64,000 nt of DNA from Candidatus Thorarchaeota archaeon (GCA_963726195.1 CAVSBO010000016.1:160001-224000), one strand, 5' to 3'. Numbered from the stretch's first letter, positions 33,532 to 42,936 are shown. A program made the numbers and translations. The notes: generated from the letters alone by a model not told the origin.

Positions 33532-33930
33532 TCACCTGTATGATTTCTGGAAACGGCTTCTCGCCGACGGGCCACCAAACTTCTTTGGCTCGGTGCGCCT
33601 AGGATCGCCCACAAGCATGGTCCTGTCATGCTCAAGCATTCGAGAACGTGCTTCGAAATCTTGACTCATCTCGATGAGACCGGTGGCTATTGCCATTCTG
33701 GCAGCGTCTGCTTGGCCCATGAAGCCACCGCCTCGAACAATAACCCTTATGTCATACTTGGCCCAACCATCGCCAAACAGCAGAAGCGGTTCTTGTATTC
33801 TCAGTCGTGCAATATCTGGTTGCACGATTTCAAGTGGCTGTCCGTTGATTCGGATTCTTCCATTGCCTTCTCTAACGGTTGCCTTTGCCAAGGATGTCTT
33901 TCTCTTACCGGCAGTCACGACAATGCGCAC
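33532..33930 (-). CDS. rps9: 30S ribosomal protein uS9
   Basis: GKRKT, GGG..GQA, KKFGG..AR..QKSYR. Confidence 0.98.
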   Translation of the reverse strand: MRIVVTAGKRKTSLAKATVREGNGRIRINGQPLEIVQPDIARLRIQEPLLLFGDGWAKYDIRVIVRGGGFMGQADAARMAIATGLIEMSQDFEARSRMLEHDRTMLVGDPRRTEPKKFGGPSARSRFQKSYR

Positions 33931-33931
33931 T

Positions 33932-34399
33932 TCATTTCACCTCCAGCATCCTCCAACCAAGCTCATGGCTGAGGTCTCCAATGGTCACGCGCTTACGCCG
34001 AGGACTGTTGTAACGCGACTTCTCGACCACTATCTTCTCGTTTTCGGCATACTCTTTGGGAATGCCCATGAAAACTTTGACACGCCTATACGCGTCCATA
34101 GCCCGTGATGTGGGCCAAGGAAGCATCCCGCGCACCATTCTGCGAAACATCTTGTCGGGACGCTTCTGATGAAGCGGGCCCTTCTCTGGTTTTGTTGAAG
34201 TCTTAATCTTGCGTCTCTGTTTGTAAGCGTTGATTACCGTTTTCCTGTCACCAGTGATTACGGCCTTCTCCACATTGACAACCACAACCCGCTCTCCCTT
34301 CAGAGCAGCCTTTGCCACAATCGCTCCGAGTCTCCCAGCGATCATGTTCTCGGCATCAAAAACCTTCAATCTCTGCTCGCTCATAGTAACCGCCTTCAT
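33932..34399 (-). CDS. rpl13: 50S ribosomal protein uL13
   Basis: DAENMIAGRL, RGMLP. Confidence 0.97.
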   Translation of the reverse strand: MKAVTMSEQRLKVFDAENMIAGRLGAIVAKAALKGERVVVVNVEKAVITGDRKTVINAYKQRRKIKTSTKPEKGPLHQKRPDKMFRRMVRGMLPWPTSRAMDAYRRVKVFMGIPKEYAENEKIVVEKSRYNSPRRKRVTIGDLSHELGWRMLEVK

Positions 34400-34758
34400 G
34401 TGATTATCAATACTCCTGTTCCCTTGGGAACTCTATCAAGCAGCTCATCAATTGAAATCAGTGCGCCGCCCGCGTCGACTATCACCGACCGTGCCGAGAC
34501 TGAGGCGTTCAGAGCAGCAACGGTAACCTTGTGCGTAAGACTACCTGAGCCCAAAACCTTGCCCGGTACGACCACTACGTCACCATCACTCGTATAGCGA
34601 CCAATCTTGCCGACGTTCACCGCCGCACGCATCCGAGCTGGGCGAGATATCAACTCAGCGACTCGCTTCCATATTCCGGCATCATTCTTGTTGGATGTAG
34701 TTCTGAGCGCATTAATGAGCGCGCGCGTATTGGGGTCTGTTGGTCCAGTTCTAACCAC
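34396..34758 (-). CDS. rpl18e: 50S ribosomal protein eL18
   Basis: VNVGKI, VVVPGKVLGSG. Confidence 0.96.
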   Translation of the reverse strand: MVRTGPTDPNTRALINALRTTSNKNDAGIWKRVAELISRPARMRAAVNVGKIGRYTSDGDVVVVPGKVLGSGSLTHKVTVAALNASVSARSVIVDAGGALISIDELLDRVPKGTGVLIIT

Positions 34759-34769
34759 CTATAGCCACC

Positions 34770-35570
34770 TCACAGTGTGCCTGCAAACTCAAGGGCCTCC
34801 CGAACTCGTTCCTTAAGCATATCAGCTGCTCTCTCTACTATCTCATCGGGAGGGAGTGCCCCTGACGACTCCACCTTGAATAGAAAACTGTCCTTCTTGG
34901 AATCAATTGTAATGGCGCCTGACTCGCACTCCTGAACACACGCTTCGCACATACTACAGTCTAAAGTGTTCTGAGTGGAGACTTTGTCGCCGTCAAGCTT
35001 GAGTATATTCTTCGGGCAGATTTCCACACATGCGCCGCAGCGGTCGCACTTCGTCTTGTCTATGCTGACAACTGGCACATATTTGTACGCCACCGTTGCG
35101 ACGGGCTGGAACTTGGCGTTCTCTATGCCAGTCCCAAGACGTGCATATGCTTCCACTATCAGCCTCTGATGTGGAGCCAACTTCACAATGGGTATGTCTC
35201 CTGAAGCCGGGACCACTTTCGGATCCTGTGATGAGAGGTCTCGGGAGTAAACAACTGTCTCTTGGTCACCAGCCTCTTTCTCAAGAGTGAGTGTGCATTG
35301 GCACAGACTACAGCCCTTTCCCTCGCAGTCGCATTCCTGAGGGAGATTGTAGTCGTCGAGCCTAGTTACTAGCGGTATGAGCCCGAGTCTATGAGCCAAC
35401 ATCTCATCGTACATCACGCTCGTGTTTTCGATTACAATTACTTCATCGATGGCCATCGCAGGTAACCGTATGAGCATAGTGCGCCGGAGCGCATTCGCAA
35501 ACGCGATATCCACGCCTTCCACTAGGAAATGGATTGCATCACTTTGCTTATGGATAATCGTGATTTCCAT
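34770..35570 (-). CDS. rpoD: RNA polymerase subunit Rpo3 with ferredoxin-like Fe-S domain
   Basis: ANALRR, DEMLAHRLGLIP, CxxCxxCxxxCP motifs. Confidence 0.96.
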   Translation of the reverse strand: MEITIIHKQSDAIHFLVEGVDIAFANALRRTMLIRLPAMAIDEVIVIENTSVMYDEMLAHRLGLIPLVTRLDDYNLPQECDCEGKGCSLCQCTLTLEKEAGDQETVVYSRDLSSQDPKVVPASGDIPIVKLAPHQRLIVEAYARLGTGIENAKFQPVATVAYKYVPVVSIDKTKCDRCGACVEICPKNILKLDGDKVSTQNTLDCSMCEACVQECESGAITIDSKKDSFLFKVESSGALPPDEIVERAADMLKERVREALEFAGTL

Positions 35571-35584
35571 CTTCTCACCTGAGA

Positions 35585-35700
35585 GCGGAGGCCTTCCGTT
35601 ACCCAAAAGACACTGTTCCCGGACGGACTCGCTTGAGAACCTCAAGGATCCTCTAGCTCACTCGCCCGTGCCTTGGGTGTCCAAAACGGGAATTGGCTTC
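35585..35700 (-). promoter_or_regulatory. Structured leader upstream of rpoD operon
   Basis: Nested stems GACAC/GTGTC, ACGGGC/GTCCGT and CTTGAG/CTCAAG; TATA-like TTTTATA at ~35702-35708. Confidence 0.4.
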
Positions 35701-35737
35701 GTATAAAAGTGTTGCTCTAAAGCCGCAGGACAACTTC

Positions 35738-36236
35738 TCAGGAAGCGACACGGCACATATTCCTGAGCTCGTTGATTATCATTCTGTAACCATTGACCCT
35801 TTGCTTGGGATCAATTGCAACCATTCCATACGTCGGTGAGCCCAGCAGGTCCTGTACCGACTCGGGTTTCATGGCGCCGGGTAGGTCTTGCTTGTTTGCA
35901 ATGATAATAATCTGCATCCCCGCGAGGAGATCTTTATACTTCTCAAGGAGTCTGTCGCGTCCGCAGGACTTCCTTGGGCGTACTATCGGTCACCACTACA
36001 ACCATCGTGCTGCCTTTCAAGAGGTCAGGCCACAGGAATTCGAAATGCGACTGACCAGCCATCTCAACGAGTGATACCTTAGTCGTGCTATCGATGGTTA
36101 TTGTGCCGCAGTCCATTCCTGCGGTAGGCACATAATTGGAGTCCAGTATCGCCGTTTTGTCGGTGAGCAACTTTATCAGAGTGGACTTGCCAGCGTACCC
36201 CGATCCAATTAGAGCAACCTTCACATACTGAGTCAT
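35738..36236 (-). CDS. Small Ras-superfamily (Arf/Rab-like) GTPase (frameshift ~35950)
   Basis: GSGYAGKST, PT, EMAGQ, then NKQD in shifted frame. Confidence 0.88.
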
Positions 36237-36432
36237 CCGACGCGGCTCCGATTAGTCTTAAGTCAAACAGGCTTCGTTTGACATATCAGCTGTCGTGTTA
36301 CTGTTGTATCACTCGCAGTGCAGCCTCTTAGCACCCTCTTAACCTGAGTGGTGAGGGTGAGTTCCGGGCTGGTCTAACCTCGACAGAAGCGCTTAACTAT
36401 GAGGAATAGGTCCCCCCTGGAGAGCTAGCGAA

Positions 36433-37423
36433 ATGACGCTCTTGTGCCCCTCTACGGTCATTGTGGCGAAGAATGCAATAGAGAGGCTCAGCGAGCTCTT
36501 TGCGCCCGTATCAGCACATAATCTGTGTAACGGACGAGGTCATTCAGTCGGACTATGGCGAGAAGCTGAGGGGAATCATAGGCTTTGACCCGCAATGGGT
36601 GATGGCATCAACCTACCAAGATAGTACACCCGTCAAAGAGAGTGCCCAAATCATAGTAGGATTCGGGGGAGGACGAAGCCTAGATGTTGCGAAACTCATA
36701 GCCGCTCGGATAGGACTTGACTGGATCTCTGTGCCCACTGCCGCATCACACGATGGCATCGCAAGCGATGTGGCATCTGTCACTCAAGACGGTTATAGGT
36801 ATTCCAAGAGATGCAGAAGACCTAGTGCAATCGTTGCGGACTTGTCCATCATGTCACGGGCACCACCTAGGCTGAAGCTCGCAGGAACTGGCGACATCCT
36901 CTCCAAGGCATCGAGCCTAGCAGAATGGCGATTGGGCAATCAGAAGAACGGCGAACCGCTTAACGAAGAAGCCTTCGCTCTGGTCAGTTCCGCCCTAGAG
37001 TCGGTTCTGAAGAATAGCAGCCTAGAAACTCTGGTAAAGGCTGAGATAGATGCAGGAAAGGCAATGTGTATTGTGGGTAACTCAAGGCCCTGCTCTGGAA
37101 CTGAACATGCGATTTCCCACGCCATGGAAAGGCGATGCCAAGAACTGCACGGACTTCAGGTGGCTTTTGCAACGCCGCTTTGTCTTCACTACCTAAGGGA
37201 ACTTGGGTACACAAAACATAGGCCGATTGATTTGCTTCGCATAATGCAAAAGAGAGGCCTGCCTACCACCCTTGGCGGAATGAATGCAACCGCCGACTTG
37301 CTCATTGATGATATCCATCATGCTTTGGAGATAATGAAGAAGAGAGACAGGTATTCTGTCTTGAAGGGCATTGACGACAAGGATCTCATGAAGGTTATCA
37401 CTGAGTTGTATGAAGTGCCTTAG
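36433..37423 (+). CDS. egsA: sn-glycerol-1-phosphate dehydrogenase (frameshift near 5' end)
   Basis: GGGRSLDVAK, PTAASHDGIAS, SRPCSGTEH.ISH, LHGLQV. Confidence 0.92.
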
Positions 37424-37534
37424 ACTCCGAGACTGGTTCGACAGTTTTAAAAGAGGTCGTCATGACAACGACCGGGACGGCCTAGGAAAGGGGTCGTCTG
37501 GATTACCAATGAAGTGCTAACAGAGGTATACTGG

Positions 37535-37906
37535 ATGCCAAAACCAAGTTTCGTAGAATGGGAAGCTACTGAAGAGCTTCAGAAGAAAGCCCTAGAAGCC
37601 GTAGAGATCGCGAAGGACAGTGGCAGAATCAAGAAGGGAATCAATGAAACCACAAAATCCATTGAACGCGGCATAGCGCGCTTGGTGCTTGTCGCCGAGG
37701 ACGTTGAGCCGCCCGAAGTGATCATGTATCTGCCCGGTCTGTGCGATGACAAGAAGACTCCTTACATCTTTGTGAAGAGCAAGAAAGATCTTGGCAATGC
37801 AGCAGGCATTGAACGTCCCACTGCCGCAATAGCAATCGTCGTCGAAGGAAAGTCAAAAGACCTAGTCACGGACATTGTCGGGAAGATTGCCGCCCTGCGA
37901 AAGTAG
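37535..37906 (+). CDS. rpl7ae: Ribosomal protein eL8/L7Ae
   Basis: IKKGINETTK.IERG, AEDVEP. Confidence 0.97.
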   Translation: MPKPSFVEWEATEELQKKALEAVEIAKDSGRIKKGINETTKSIERGIARLVLVAEDVEPPEVIMYLPGLCDDKKTPYIFVKSKKDLGNAAGIERPTAAIAIVVEGKSKDLVTDIVGKIAALRK

Positions 37907-37928
37907 ACCTGCAAGGTGATATCGTTCA

Positions 37929-38150
37929 ATGAGCAAAGAAGAGGAAGCTCTATCGATTCCTGCCGAGGTTATTCAACTACTGGGCAGGACTGGCGTAACC
38001 GGAGAGATAACTCAAGTAAGAGTCAAGATACTTGAGGGTCGTGACAAAGGGCGAGTTCTGACCCGAAACGTCAAGGGTCCGGTTCGTATGGGAGATGTCC
38101 TGATTCTCCGTGAGACCGAACGCGAAGCTCGTAAGATGAGGAGGCGTTAG
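37929..38150 (+). CDS. rps28e: Ribosomal protein eS28
   Basis: [21 protein letters not shown]. Confidence 0.97.
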   Translation: MSKEEEALSIPAEVIQLLGRTGVTGEITQVRVKILEGRDKGRVLTRNVKGPVRMGDVLILRETEREARKMRRR

Positions 38151-38152
38151 CC

Positions 38153-38350
38153 GTGGTCGGCATACAGAAATGCGTGTTCTGTGGAAAGGACATTGAGCCG
38201 GGCACAGGCATGGCCTATGTGCAGACAAAAGACGGAACTGTTCTGTGGTTCTGTTCAAACAAATGCAAGGTCAGTCGGATTCGGCGAAAGATGAAGCCAA
38301 GACAGACCAAGTGGACCGCAGGCTACGAAAAAGGCGGAAAGCCGAAGTAG
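38153..38350 (+). CDS. rpl24e: Ribosomal protein eL24
   Basis: CxFCG..IEPGTG, FCSNKC, KWT. Confidence 0.97.
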   Translation: MVGIQKCVFCGKDIEPGTGMAYVQTKDGTVLWFCSNKCKVSRIRRKMKPRQTKWTAGYEKGGKPK

Positions 38351-38580
38351 GTGACGTGTAGAGTCTTTGTCTTGCCAACCACGCCATACTCTAAAGAATC
38401 ATCAGGTAGAGCTCGTTTTGCAGCGACCTAGGTGATGAGTTCAAACATGAGGGGCAGCGGCTTTTAACGAACTGCGGCCTGCTCCTCTCTGCTAATTCCT
38501 TGAGACTATCCCATCCAGTTCATAGAGACGTTCTGTGCTAACAGTCCCGCCACCTATGCACGAGCCAAGGGCTGCGAACT

Positions 38581-39252
38581 CTAAGCTTTCGCTATTTCGT
38601 CCTGAATGAAGCTTTGAATAGATCGCGCAAGAGCAGATATCTCACTCTGGCGAACACCCTCTGCGTCCTTCGAAAGCAGCTTTTCCAGCGATGGGACAAT
38701 GTTGGGCGAAGAACGCTTCTGTTCAATCGCAGTTCGTACAAGCTTTCGAAGATCTGCAGTGTAGTCGGCGTCGCCGGCCTTGTATTTCGTGATGTAAGCT
38801 CTCGCTTTGGCTTCTGCATCTGCCGACTGGACGAGACCGCCTTCCTTGGTCCAGAGTGCAATCTCAGCGGCAGCCGTATCAGGAGCATCGGACGCATGTG
38901 CAACATTGATACCGGCCCAGATTCCGTAGCGGCCTCTCAAAGAATCTGGTGTGGCCTTTTGCACGAAGGTGGCGCCCAGCGCATCACGAATTCCTTGAAT
39001 CACGTTGTCTCCTCCGAACACCATTGCCAAGACACGGGCAGAAGTTATGAAGTCGACAAGCCAACCGAAGAACGGTTTGTCTTTGTGAACTGTATAGTGC
39101 TTCTTTGCTAGGGGAACCGGGACTTTCATTTCCCGGAAGGCTTCAATCTTGTAGCCCTTTGCCAGAAGAGCATCTAAGACAAGTGCGCTGACTCTTCTTC
39201 GGATTGCGCTATCGGGCTTAATCAGCACGAGGGACTGCTCCAATTCGTACAC
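38581..39252 (-). CDS. ndk: Nucleoside diphosphate kinase with ~85-aa C-terminal extension
   Basis: IKPD, HY..H..KPFF, SLRG, N..HASD. Confidence 0.92.
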   Translation of the reverse strand: MYELEQSLVLIKPDSAIRRRVSALVLDALLAKGYKIEAFREMKVPVPLAKKHYTVHKDKPFFGWLVDFITSARVLAMVFGGDNVIQGIRDALGATFVQKATPDSLRGRYGIWAGINVAHASDAPDTAAAEIALWTKEGGLVQSADAEAKARAYITKYKAGDADYTADLRKLVRTAIEQKRSSPNIVPSLEKLLSKDAEGVRQSEISALARSIQSFIQDEIAKA

Positions 39253-39438
39253 CGGTCCTTTTGTAATCTGAAGATGAGGACATCTTCAGTTCGTTCTCGT
39301 TTCTCAGGCAGGAGGAGGTTATTTTAGTGTTTTGAAAACGGAGACTGCCGCTTGGACAGAAGATTAAGCTTGAAACAAACGACAGTTTCATAAACACAGC
39401 TCAGGTGTTCGCGGGAAGTCTTCTGTGAGGTGTCGCCA

Positions 39439-41236
39439 ATGGCACAGGCTGAATCAGGAGGGAAAACTCGACTTCGCTCCCCCATCGTAACTGTCCTCGG
39501 TCACATCGACCACGGCAAGACCTCTTTGCTTGACAAGATGCGTGGAACTGCCGTCCAAGAACGAGAGACAGGGGGAATGACTCAGCATATTGGTGCATCA
39601 TTCTTTCCAACAGAGACCATCCTCTCAATATGCGGGGACCTCCTGAAGACTGTGAAGACGGACCTCACAATAGACGGTCTCCTGTTCATAGACACCCCCG
39701 GGCACGAAGCATACCTGAATCTCAGAAGAAGGGGCGGTGCGGTTGCTGATATTGCAGTACTTGTCATTGATATCAACGAAGGAGCCATGTCCCAAACTTA
39801 CGAATCCCTGAATATCCTGCGAACAGGACGAACTCCGTTCGTAGTCGCAGCAAACAAGCTAGACAAGGTGCCGGGTTGGAAAACGAAACCGGGATTCACA
39901 CTGGTTCAGACAATCAAAGCGCAGAAGGCGAGTACCCAAACTGAGATTGACAAGCGCCTGTACGACATCGTTGGTGCGCTCTCGGCCAACGGCATCGACT
40001 CTGAACGTTTTGACCGTGTGACGGACTTCACCAAGACCGTCACAATCGTGCCCACGAGCGCTAAGACGGGCGAAGGCATTCCGGAACTCCTCATGGTCCT
40101 CGCCGGCCTCACCCAGCAATTCATGAAAGACAGGTTGAAGATTGTGACGGGGCCTGCAAAGGGGACTGTCTTGGAGGTCAGAGAGGAGACGGGTCTCGGC
40201 TTGACTCTTGACACAATCATCTACGAAGGTACGCTGAAGAAGACCGACACAATCGTGGTCGGCGGTCTCGATGATGTCATTGTGGCCAAAATCAGAGCAC
40301 TGCTTTTGCCCAAACCGCTTGATGAGATTCGTGATCCTAGAGAAAAATTCAGCAGCGTTTCAGAGGTCAGTGCTGCAGCCGGAATCAAGATAGTCGCTCC
40401 AGATATTGCGGGCGCCATGTCCGGAGCCCCGCTCTACGCCTTGGACAAGCCCGAGAATCTGGAGGCTTACAAGAACAAAGTGCGCGAGGAACTCAGGTCG
40501 ATTCGAATCCAGAAGGACTCTTCAGGGATTGTACTGAAGGCTGACACACTGGGGTCACTAGAGGCTGTTACGCAGTACCTGCAGGAACGCAAGGTTCCAG
40601 TTAGGATGGCAGATGTCGGACCGATAGTCAAGCGCGATATTCTGGAGGCAAGAGCTGCTGGGGAGACAGAACTTCTGAACGCAGTGGTACTCGGGTTCAA
40701 CGTAAAGACTGCACCTGAGATTCCCGATTTGGCTGCAGAGTACGGGGTTGAGGTCTTCCAGAACGATGTTATCTACCGCCTCTTCGATGAATACAACGCA
40801 TGGCTAATCGTTAAGAGAGAACAAGCCAAGGCAGAGTCGCTCAGCTCAATAATCAGACCCGGAAAGGTCGAAGTCATGCCTGAGTACATTTTCAGACGAA
40901 GCAATCCGGCAGTTGTTGGTGTGAAAGTCTCTGGCATAATCAGACCCAAGGTGGGCCTAATCAACTCCGCTGGCAAGCGAGTGGGATCGATTATACAGAT
41001 ACAGGATAGGAACGTGACTATAGATGAGGCCACTGACGGCATGGAGGTGGCGATATCCATCAGAGGACCCACCGTTGGTCGCCAAGTCAAGGAAGACGAT
41101 GTGCTCTACGTTGACATGCCTGACAAGCACGTTATCGTGGCCCGGACGAAGTTTGCAGGCGGACCTCTCTCGACAGGAGCTTGATGTTCTTGAAGAGATT
41201 GTTCAGGCTAAACGAGCAAGTGGTTCCTTCGTCTAG
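39439..41236 (+). CDS. infB: Translation initiation factor aIF5B (frameshift ~41160)
   Basis: GHIDHGKT, TQHIGA, DTPGH, NKLD, DTLGSLEA. Confidence 0.97.
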
Positions 41237-41350
41237 GGTGGGCTTGATAGGCGACTTGTGCACAGGTTCGCATGATCAGAGTGATAACAGTGTCAAGTTC
41301 AATCGGTGGCCATTGATAACGTTTTTAGGCGTTCCTTGAGCTTGTGACGC

Positions 41351-41663
41351 GTGCAGCGGGTAGGGCGACTCGTTTGCCGCGAGCGAGACCACATGGCAAT
41401 AGTGGCGTCAGTAACCCGGCAGAGTGTGAAACCCAACCCCCTCAGTATTCGTCGAAGGACTATGACGAGTAGTCTCTGAAGTCTATCACGGCCACAGCAA
41501 CAATCGTAGGATTGTTGTGAGTGGATTAGATTGTCGAACCGGGTCAGGCCCTGGCGGGAACAGCCCTAAGGCTAGGTGATGGAGCCTCAGAGGAAACTGC
41601 TCCGAGGAGAGCGACGAGAGACTGCCTGGGAAGGGACAGACGAAACCTAAGGAGCCGCTGCAC
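41351..41663 (+). ncRNA. ffs: Archaeal SRP (7S) RNA
   Basis: Terminal helix GTGCAGCGG/CCGCTGCAC; helix 6 with GTAG loop; helix 8 GGGT-CAGG-CCC-loop-GGG-AACA-GCCC; helix 5 GTAGTCTCT/AGAGACTGC; ~313 nt; TATA-like TTTTTA upstream and T-run downstream. Confidence 0.85.
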
Positions 41664-41688
41664 CTCCTACTGTTCTTTTTCCACCATT

Positions 41689-42160
41689 CGACAGGAATAG
41701 GCAAGTGGGCTAGCGCCGCAACCGCGACGCACACAGTCGAAAGCCCGAGGGAGAAAATCCTCTCAAGGGATATCCTTACTCCCCAAGAAGAATGCAGTAT
41801 TACATTCCCGGGAGTCTGCGGTGGTTCACGCCGCTCAAACGAGCCTTCCCGATTTCAGCGATGAAATTGGGATGAGTGATCATGACCCCACCGTGGTAAG
41901 AACTGTGGAAGGCCTCTCTGCCGTCGGGCACGATACACCGACATCACGACAGGAGAAAAAGGCCAGGTCTGTAGGAGGGATTCCATCTCAGTGATTACAG
42001 ACGAAGCCTCTGCTAACCCCGCGCCATCAGCAGTCGGGGGGCGGCGACGCCAGACAGAGGAAGGGCAGAACACAGAAGTTTCTTGCAGTTGAGCTTCACT
42101 CACATCAGAGAAACAGCGTCAGAGCAGGCTGGCTCCTTGCGCGCCGGCCTGTTTCCTTCG
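41689..42160 (+). ncRNA. Unidentified ~470-nt multi-stem structured RNA
   Basis: Long end-to-end closing stem, about 10 hairpins, two GCGA tetraloops, G-U pairs favouring + strand, no credible ORF. Confidence 0.75.
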
Positions 42161-42206
42161 CAATGTTTATGAGAACACCTGTACGCTCTTGTTTCTCGCT
42201 AGAACA

Positions 42207-42381
42207 GCCGGGGTTTCCTAGACCGGTCGGGGCGCCTTTTTTGACGCCACGGGGCGCTATGGAGCCAGCCTGCTAACATTTGAGCATTATGTGTGCTTGC
42301 AGATAGTTGGTGTCGAAAGACTCGAGGGTTCAAAGGGTCTCACGGTTTTCGTGAGGCCGGAAAGTCCCTCCCCCGGCGCCA
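42207..42381 (+). tRNA. tRNA-Ser(GCT) with three introns (D-loop 42227-42257, 37/38 42276-42304, 59/60 42335-42364)
   Basis: GCCGGGG/CCCCGGC+G+CCA; CCAGC/GTTGG anticodon stem; variable arm GTC-GAAA-GAC; GAGGG/CCCTC T-stem; BHB-like motifs at each insertion. Confidence 0.88.
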
Positions 42382-42445
42382 CTTCTTTTCCATTACGCGA
42401 GCAAGCGACTAACACTGAAGCCTGTAGTCATAATCCTAGGCTAAT

Positions 42446-42877
42446 TCATCCTACGAACAATCGAGTCCTGCAGCTCGGGCAAAGCACGACCTCATCCTCG
42501 ACCGGCGTCGCATTCGTGATTTCAAATGAGAACCCGCACTGCGGGCATCGGAGCGTGTCCAGACCGGCCACGTGCTCGGCCGGAAGTGCATGGCGTGTCA
42601 TCGAGTCGAATATCCTCCTCTCGCTGCTCTCGTCGACGGGAGAGATGGGGCGGCCCTGTGCCCAGCGAAATGCTGCAAACAGCATAAGAAGAACCATCGG
42701 CACAATCAGAAACGTTGAGAGCAGACCGGAATCGGAAGTGGAGTAGAGCAGAGTGCCGTAGGTTATAAGAATCGCGAGAATGGCAAGGACAGAGAAGACA
42801 ATCCAACGGCCAGTGTTGCTGCTTTGAGAGGATTCTGGTGCCATCATAGCGATTCGTTCACTGCGAAGTTGGATCAT
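42446..42877 (-). CDS. Two-TM membrane protein with C-terminal zinc ribbon
   Basis: Two hydrophobic segments; CPQCG...CPSC. Confidence 0.7.
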   Translation of the reverse strand: MIQLRSERIAMMAPESSQSSNTGRWIVFSVLAILAILITYGTLLYSTSDSGLLSTFLIVPMVLLMLFAAFRWAQGRPISPVDESSERRIFDSMTRHALPAEHVAGLDTLRCPQCGFSFEITNATPVEDEVVLCPSCRTRLFVG

Positions 42878-42936
42878 GATAATCAGTCTTGCGTCTGAGG
42901 CTATTCGTGCTGTGGTCTAGACTAGTAAAGGCGAAC

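Noticed and set aside
41616-41740. Group I intron P7 (GAGACTG / ACAGTC)
   Set aside because: AGAGACTGC already pairs within SRP helix 5, and no other core elements were found
41735-42085. RNase P/MRP RNA call for the unknown RNA
   Set aside because: GAAAGCCC and ACAGAA words are present but no P4 complementarity follows ACAGAA; left unassigned pending a covariance model search
41686-42381. tmRNA (TTCGACAGG near the start, GAC..GGGTTC..CCA at the end)
   Set aside because: The 3' part is fully explained by tRNA-Ser; there is no Ala-type acceptor with G.U, and tmRNA is not known in archaea
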